64,000 nucleotides of DNA from Nitrospirota bacterium (GTDB taxonomy: Bacteria; Nitrospirota; UBA9217): NCBI GenBank assembly GCA_963790205.1, contig CAWBNQ010000003.1, positions 512,001-576,000 of the forward strand, read 5' to 3'. The position numbers were made by a program, and so were the translations under genes. Of the stretch, positions 58,756 through 64,000 are shown in pieces. The notes below the pieces were generated by a model that did not search any database, was not told where the DNA came from, and was given only the letters and a program-made list of their open reading frames with translations. How positions within the stretch are numbered: position 1 is the stretch's first letter; each line of letters opens with the position of its first letter.

Positions 58756-60489
58756 TCATTCGCGAAGACCGCCTTGTGGGACATATCGTAAAAGTACATA
58801 GTCTCCTTCACGCAGAACTATTTCGAGTGGAAGACGAGGAAGATCACCGAGCTGTGTCGTGAAAGCCACGAGCAGGCAGGGGAAAGAACTTGTGACGAAT
58901 CGTTGAAATTCTTCAGGGCGGCTCGCATCGATGTATGGCCGGCCGCTGTAAAAAGAGATGGAAGGACGGTTGATCAAACTATAAACAGGCTCTGCAGGAG
59001 GAACGGCGTGGATTTGAGCGGCAATTTTCAGCACCGGCCCCTGCAGGAGATTACCTGCAAAGGGCGCCAAGGTCCACACCAGGGACGTCTGGACGAGAAA
59101 CCCGAACAGGACGACCAGCATCGGGATGACAACAGGACGGACACGGGTGATGAATCTCAGGAGCAGGAAAAGAGCAACAGCAATAAGCGCGCCTGCAATG
59201 GGCATCCCATATGAGGCATGAAGCCCCTGGGAGAAGACCGCCACTGCGCGGGGATGCTTGAATAGGTGTGCCAGGTGCGGGTAGTACGCTGGCAGGAACA
59301 AAAGCCCCGATGCCAGGGGAAGACAAAGAACGAGCGTCACCAGGGACGCTGCGCGGGTCCATGCGGGCGAAGGCGATTGCCGGTCCCAGGTGACGGCGAG
59401 CCCGAGCGCCATGGCCGGATAGACGCTCGATATATAATGCGGTAATTTTGTTCTTGCCAGGGTAAAAAGGAGAATGACGGCAACTGTCCAGACCAGGCCT
59501 AGGCGGGAGAGTTCATCGGTCCCATCTCTTTTCGTCCACCGTGCGATTGTCTGTTTCACCCACCACGGAAGCCATGCGATCCAGGGCAGGGTGCTCGGAA
59601 TGAGGACTGCGAGATAGTAATACCAGCCGCCGCTGTGCCCTTCCAGGGGATGCAAGAAGCGGTACGCATTTTCCCGAATAACGAACTGCCCGAGAAAACC
59701 GAAACCATAGGTGATGGTAACGAGCGCGTACCACGGCAATGCTCCCAGGAAGAACGCCGGGACGCCGACGTTCCAGGGAAAACGGCGCAGGCAGGCGGCG
59801 AGGTCTTTTGCCATCAATCGGTCGAGGCCGACGACCATTGCCGGGATTACCATGCCTATCGGGCCTTTGACGCTCACTGCGATCCCAGCGGCAAACATCG
59901 CCAGGAAGGCGTCGCGCTGTTTTCTACTGTGCCGCCATAGAAAGAAGCTCAGTACGGAAACCGTGATGAAAAAATTCAACGCGGCATCCAGGATCGCGGC
60001 ATGGGCCAGCAGCGCGGGCATGAGCATGCTGAGGTAGATCAAGGAAGCTATCCGTCCCGTCTGAGGCCGGCTTAAGCACCGTCCCGCGCGCAGTAAAAAA
60101 AGGGCCAAGGCAAGGGTGAAGAGGGCCGACGGCAGCCTGGCTGCAAATGCATTTTTACCGAAGAGTGCGAAGGAGGCGTTCATACAGTAATACAGGAACG
60201 CGGGCTTGTCATAATACGGCTGGCCGTTCAGGGTGGGAAGAAGCCAGTTTCCGTTGTTCATCATCTCTACGGAGGTCTGGGCGTAGGAGGCCTCATCGTA
60301 ATCAAAGAGCGGCGCAATGCCCAGGCCCGCAAGGGTCAGGACGGTCCAGAGCAGAACGAGCGCCGCAAACGCGGGAACGGATGGGCGGGAATCGAAAATC
60401 GGTCTGAGCATGCCGGTCATTCCTGCAAGGACCTGCTGCGGGTATGATGAAAGAGGGCCATGTCTTATTTCCCGGATGTTTGCTGTCAT
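58756..60489 (-). CDS. ArnT-like membrane glycosyltransferase (start uncertain)
   Basis: 'LFDYDEASYA', 'PTLNG.PYYDKP', 'AARLPSAL', 'KGPIG', 'TKLPHY'. Confidence 0.9.
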   Translation of the reverse strand: MTANIREIRHGPLSSYPQQVLAGMTGMLRPIFDSRPSVPAFAALVLLWTVLTLAGLGIAPLFDYDEASYAQTSVEMMNNGNWLLPTLNGQPYYDKPAFLYYCMNASFALFGKNAFAARLPSALFTLALALFLLRAGRCLSRPQTGRIASLIYLSMLMPALLAHAAILDAALNFFITVSVLSFFLWRHSRKQRDAFLAMFAAGIAVSVKGPIGMVIPAMVVGLDRLMAKDLAACLRRFPWNVGVPAFFLGALPWYALVTITYGFGFLGQFVIRENAYRFLHPLEGHSGGWYYYLAVLIPSTLPWIAWLPWWVKQTIARWTKRDGTDELSRLGLVWTVAVILLFTLARTKLPHYISSVYPAMALGLAVTWDRQSPSPAWTRAASLVTLVLCLPLASGLLFLPAYYPHLAHLFKHPRAVAVFSQGLHASYGMPIAGALIAVALFLLLRFITRVRPVVIPMLVVLFGFLVQTSLVWTLAPFAGNLLQGPVLKIAAQIHAVPPAEPVYSLINRPSISFYSGRPYIDASRPEEFQRFVTSSFPCLLVAFTTQLGDLPRLPLEIVLREGDYVLLRYVPQGGLRE

Positions 60490-60783
60490 TCAATACGATT
60501 CGTTGTGTATCACCCCGCTGGCGAAAAAGGCGGCAAAATACCGGTCGCAATAACGATAAAGAGTATGCCATACTCTCTTTATCACGTATATATTATTAGC
60601 TCTCTTGCTCGTATTGTCAATCCAGCAAAAACAGTAATTCATTTGGTATACTAAACTAACTGCAAGTTTTTCGTTGGAATGGCGCTCTGTTATTTGATTA
60701 AAATGAATAAACCTTGTTTTCTTTTAGGAGTCAAACATCATACCAGGGTACTCAATAAAATAAAATTAAGGAGGGTTTTAATT

Positions 60784-61341
60784 ATGAAGTACAAAAGTAT
60801 GATATATCTTTCGGTCATGATCATTGTCGGTCTTTTCCCCCTGTGGGGGTGTCCGAAAAAAATGGAAGTGGCGTCGGCGCCTGAATCAAGCAAAGAGGCC
60901 GTGACCGCGCCTGCTACGACGGAGGCCGCTTCGACTCAAGCCGCGCCTGCAACCACAGCGCCTGAGGTAAAGTCGGAGGAATCGAAGGAGCGCGCAGCAG
61001 TATCGGAGGCAGGACTGAAGCCGATTTATTTTGACTTTGACAAGTCTTTTATACGCGAGGACGCAAGGCCGGTCATGCAGGCCAATGCCGAATGGCTTAA
61101 GGAGAACCCGAACGTCAAAGTAAGGATCGAGGGCAACTGTGACGAACGCGGCACCATCGAGTATAATCAGGCATTGGGACAGCGGCGCGCTGTAAGCGCA
61201 AAGAAGTATTTGACCGACATGGGCGTGTCTTCCAGCCGCATCTCGCTGATCAGCTACGGCAAGGAGAAACCCGTCTGTACGGATCATAACGAAACCTGCT
61301 GGCAGAAAAACAGGAGAGATGACCTTGTAGAGACCAGGTGA
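60784..61341 (+). CDS. pal: Peptidoglycan-associated lipoprotein
   Basis: Lipobox LWGC, 'IYFDFDK', 'IEGNCDERGT.EYN.ALGQRRA', 'ISYGKEKP', 'NRR'. Confidence 0.93.
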   Translation: MKYKSMIYLSVMIIVGLFPLWGCPKKMEVASAPESSKEAVTAPATTEAASTQAAPATTAPEVKSEESKERAAVSEAGLKPIYFDFDKSFIREDARPVMQANAEWLKENPNVKVRIEGNCDERGTIEYNQALGQRRAVSAKKYLTDMGVSSSRISLISYGKEKPVCTDHNETCWQKNRRDDLVETR

Positions 61342-61594
61342 CAACGGTCAAGAAGCGTTTACTCAAAAAATGATCGCGACATCGTTTGCTCCAAACGTCA
61401 GGTTTATGTATTACGGCGATGCCGCGACCCGCATCATCTGTTTTGTAGATGATAGAGGTATTCTTTGACCTGGATCGTATCTCGGAAGAGTTTTGACTTC
61501 TGCTGGATATGTTGATAATATCGGGAAACGCTCAAGAGTGATTTGAAATCCATTATCCTACGTTTAGCGTAATGGTAATTTAAGGAGGTCATCA

Positions 61595-63058
61595 ATGAAA
61601 ATGAAGAGGAAACACACGTTACTCCGCAACTATCTTGCTTTATCCGTAGCTCTTTTGCTGACAGCGAGTTTTTTCACGGCCGGCATGGCTTCAGCCAGGG
61701 AAAAGATCATTTCGCAGGAATCAATAAAAACGCTCGGCAGATTAAGCGACGCCCTGGCTGAGGTGGCCGATACCGTGCGCCCTGCTGTCGTGAACATATC
61801 TACGACCTCGGTCGAGACCATGGAAGAAAACCCCTTAGGCGGTATGTTCAACGACCCCTTTTTCAGGCACTTTTTCGGCGACCAGTTCGGGGGCGGGCGT
61901 CCGGAACAAAAGCGAACATTCAAATCATCGGCCCTCGGCTCCGGGGTGATCGTGTCGGGGAACGGTTATATATTGACGAACAACCACGTGGTAAAGGGCG
62001 CAGAGGAGATCAAGGTCATTCTCTACGACAAGCGTGAATTCAAAGGCAAGGTCGTCGGCACCGACCCCCGAACGGACCTCGCCGTGGTCAAGATCGATGC
62101 GAAGGACCTGCCGACCCTCTCGTTCGGCGACTCCGGCAAGCTGAGGACCGGCGATATCGTCCTGGCGATCGGCAATCCCTTCGGCCTGAACCAGACCATC
62201 ACCATGGGGATCGTGAGCGCCGTGGGCCGTTCCAACATCGGCCTGGCCGATTTCGAGGACTTCATCCAGACCGATGCGGCCATCAACCCGGGCAATTCCG
62301 GGGGCGCCCTGGTGAACGGCAGGGGGGAGCTTGTGGGGATCAATACGGCGATTTTTTCGACCAGCGGCGGATACATGGGGATCGGGTTCGCCATCCCGTC
62401 GGACATGGCGAAATCGGTCATGGACAGCATCATTAAATACGGCAAAGTGATCCGCGGCTGGCTTGGCGTAAGCATTCAGAACCTTACCCCGGAGCTTGCC
62501 AAACCGCTGGGGATCAAGGAAACGGAAGGCGCCCTGATAGCGGGCGTCGAAAGCGGCAGTCCCGCGGACAAGGCGGGCCTGAAGCGGGGCGATCTTGTCG
62601 TTGAAATGAACGGCAAAAAAATTACCGATGTGACGAACCTCAGGAATACGGTCGCAGCAACGGCGCCGGGAACACGGGTCGATTTCAAGATCATCAGGAA
62701 CGGCAAGGAACAGACGATTGCGGCGACCCTCGGCGAGTACCGGGAAAAGAAGATCATAAAGAAGACGGAGTACGACAATGCGCTCAAGGGAGTAACGATC
62801 CAGGAGCTTACTCCGAGCCTGCGGGACAAGCTCAACCTGCCGGAGGATATGACAGGCGTCGTGGTCACCGCCGTCGGGTCGGACAGCCCGGCCCAGGGGT
62901 TGCTGCAGGCGAACGACGTGATCCAGGAAGTGGACCGCAAGCCGGTCCGGAGCGCGCAGGAGTACGAGGAGCTCGCTTCCAAGATCGGCAGCCACGACAC
63001 GGTCCTCCTGCTGATCTACCGGGACGGCGGGTCGGCCTATCTTACGATACAGCCATAA
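61595..63058 (+). CDS. DegP/DegQ (HtrA) serine endoprotease with two PDZ domains
   Basis: 'LTNNHVV', 'DLAV', 'TDAAINPGNSGG', two PDZ domains. Confidence 0.95.
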   Translation: MKMKRKHTLLRNYLALSVALLLTASFFTAGMASAREKIISQESIKTLGRLSDALAEVADTVRPAVVNISTTSVETMEENPLGGMFNDPFFRHFFGDQFGGGRPEQKRTFKSSALGSGVIVSGNGYILTNNHVVKGAEEIKVILYDKREFKGKVVGTDPRTDLAVVKIDAKDLPTLSFGDSGKLRTGDIVLAIGNPFGLNQTITMGIVSAVGRSNIGLADFEDFIQTDAAINPGNSGGALVNGRGELVGINTAIFSTSGGYMGIGFAIPSDMAKSVMDSIIKYGKVIRGWLGVSIQNLTPELAKPLGIKETEGALIAGVESGSPADKAGLKRGDLVVEMNGKKITDVTNLRNTVAATAPGTRVDFKIIRNGKEQTIAATLGEYREKKIIKKTEYDNALKGVTIQELTPSLRDKLNLPEDMTGVVVTAVGSDSPAQGLLQANDVIQEVDRKPVRSAQEYEELASKIGSHDTVLLLIYRDGGSAYLTIQP

Positions 63059-63427
63059 GGCATGGATCATCGCCCTTTCTTCCTCTTGAAGGTTGACAAG
63101 GGGTACTGTCAAAAGTTTCATGAAAAAAGAGAGGCAAAGCATGAAACCACACCCTGCACTCGCGCTGAGCACTCGTAAACGCCGGGCGCAGGCAGAGGGC
63201 ACCGAGGAGTGCCTGGGTAAAACCCAAACACGTTGAGTTTCTTTATCAATAAGATGCTCTGTGTTCTCGTGGTTTAAATGACAAGACAAAACAAACGGAG
63301 CAGGTAATAAAAAGAGCGCAGAGGGGGAGGGAGGACACAGAGGAAGTTACCACCATACATTCAAGACCTTCTCTGTGCGCTCTGTGGTTAATTCCTGACA
63401 TTACGTGACAAGGTAGAAGGAGTTCGT

Positions 63428-64000
63428 ATGAAAAAAGAAATTGCGCGCTTCGTATGCGGAGCGATCGTAGGGTTCCTGCTGTTGCCGGTGCCGTCGCGGG
63501 CAGCCGCTGGAGCTGATGTTGTCCGCGCGACCCTTGCGAACGGTCTGCGCGTGGTGATCGTGCCGAATGACCTGGCGCCCGTGGTCACGACGGAAGTGAA
63601 CTATCTCGCGGGTTCGAATGAAGCGCCCGATGGCTTTCCGGGAATGGCTCATGCCCAGGAGCATATGATGTTTCGCGGCAGCCCGGGGCTCAACGCCGCC
63701 CAGCTTGCGAACATTATCGCCTTGATGGGAAGTGATTTCAACGCAGACACGCAGCAGACCGTGACCCAGTATTTTCTTACGGTGCCCAGGGATGACATCG
63801 ATGTTGCGCTGAAGGTAGAAGCGGTGCGCATGCGCGGCGTCCTCGACTCAGAAGAGCTTTGGGCGCAGGAGCGAGGAGCAATCGAGCAGGAGGTGGCACA
63901 GGACCTTTCGAATCCCGAGTACGTTTTTTATAACCGGCTTCTCGAGAATATGTTCAGCAATACGCCCTATGCCCACGATGCCCTGGGCACGCGGCCTTCG
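63428..64000 (+). CDS. M16 family zinc peptidase, partial (runs off the window)
   Basis: Manual translation: signal peptide, 'ATLANGLRVVIV', inverted zinc motif 'AHAQEHMMFRG', 'FNADT'. Confidence 0.88.
   Translation, partial: MKKEIARFVCGAIVGFLLLPVPSRAAAGADVVRATLANGLRVVIVPNDLAPVVTTEVNYLAGSNEAPDGFPGMAHAQEHMMFRGSPGLNAAQLANIIALMGSDFNADTQQTVTQYFLTVPRDDIDVALKVEAVRMRGVLDSEELWAQERGAIEQEVAQDLSNPEYVFYNRLLENMFSNTPYAHDALGTRPS

Noticed and set aside
1..64000. CRISPR array, rRNA, tRNA
   Set aside because: No run of identical repeats with unique spacers and no cas genes. No recognisable tRNA or rRNA motifs by eye.

Overview
A 64 kb stretch of GC-rich bacterial chromosome. The gene content looks like an anaerobic Nitrospirota or deltaproteobacterium; this is inference only. 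Housekeeping and envelope genes (nfi, sixA, pyrF, pyrE, pal, degQ-like protease, MacAB-like exporter, peptidases, glycosyltransferases, two large Ig-repeat surface proteins) are interspersed with many mobile elements and palindromic intergenic repeats. The main signal is three apparently identical 1426-bp IS110-family (IS1111-type) elements. Each is inserted at the same TCT/AGA core inside one family of ~110-bp palindromic repeats. The 269-bp non-coding right end folds into a stem/internal-loop RNA whose two loop strands (TGCGTAATCT and TCCACAGA) match the two halves of the target, so a bridge/seekRNA can be read directly from the sequence. A second loop carries a donor-matching segment, and the circle junction would form a sigma70 promoter. 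The fourth repeat copy is empty and its core is mutated. Other notable items: (1) an A20-variant GEMM-I riboswitch (candidate 3',3'-cGAMP sensor) with tandem CRP-type boxes upstream of an Ig-repeat lipoprotein; (2) a tyrosine recombinase + IS91-like element with terminal inverted repeats at the first-cassette position of a decayed integron; (3) a TolB-like gene split by an inversion whose reversal restores both the ORF junction and a hairpin; (4) an ISL3 element with an 8-bp target duplication; (5) several MITE/REP families. No CRISPR array, rRNA or tRNA was found by eye.
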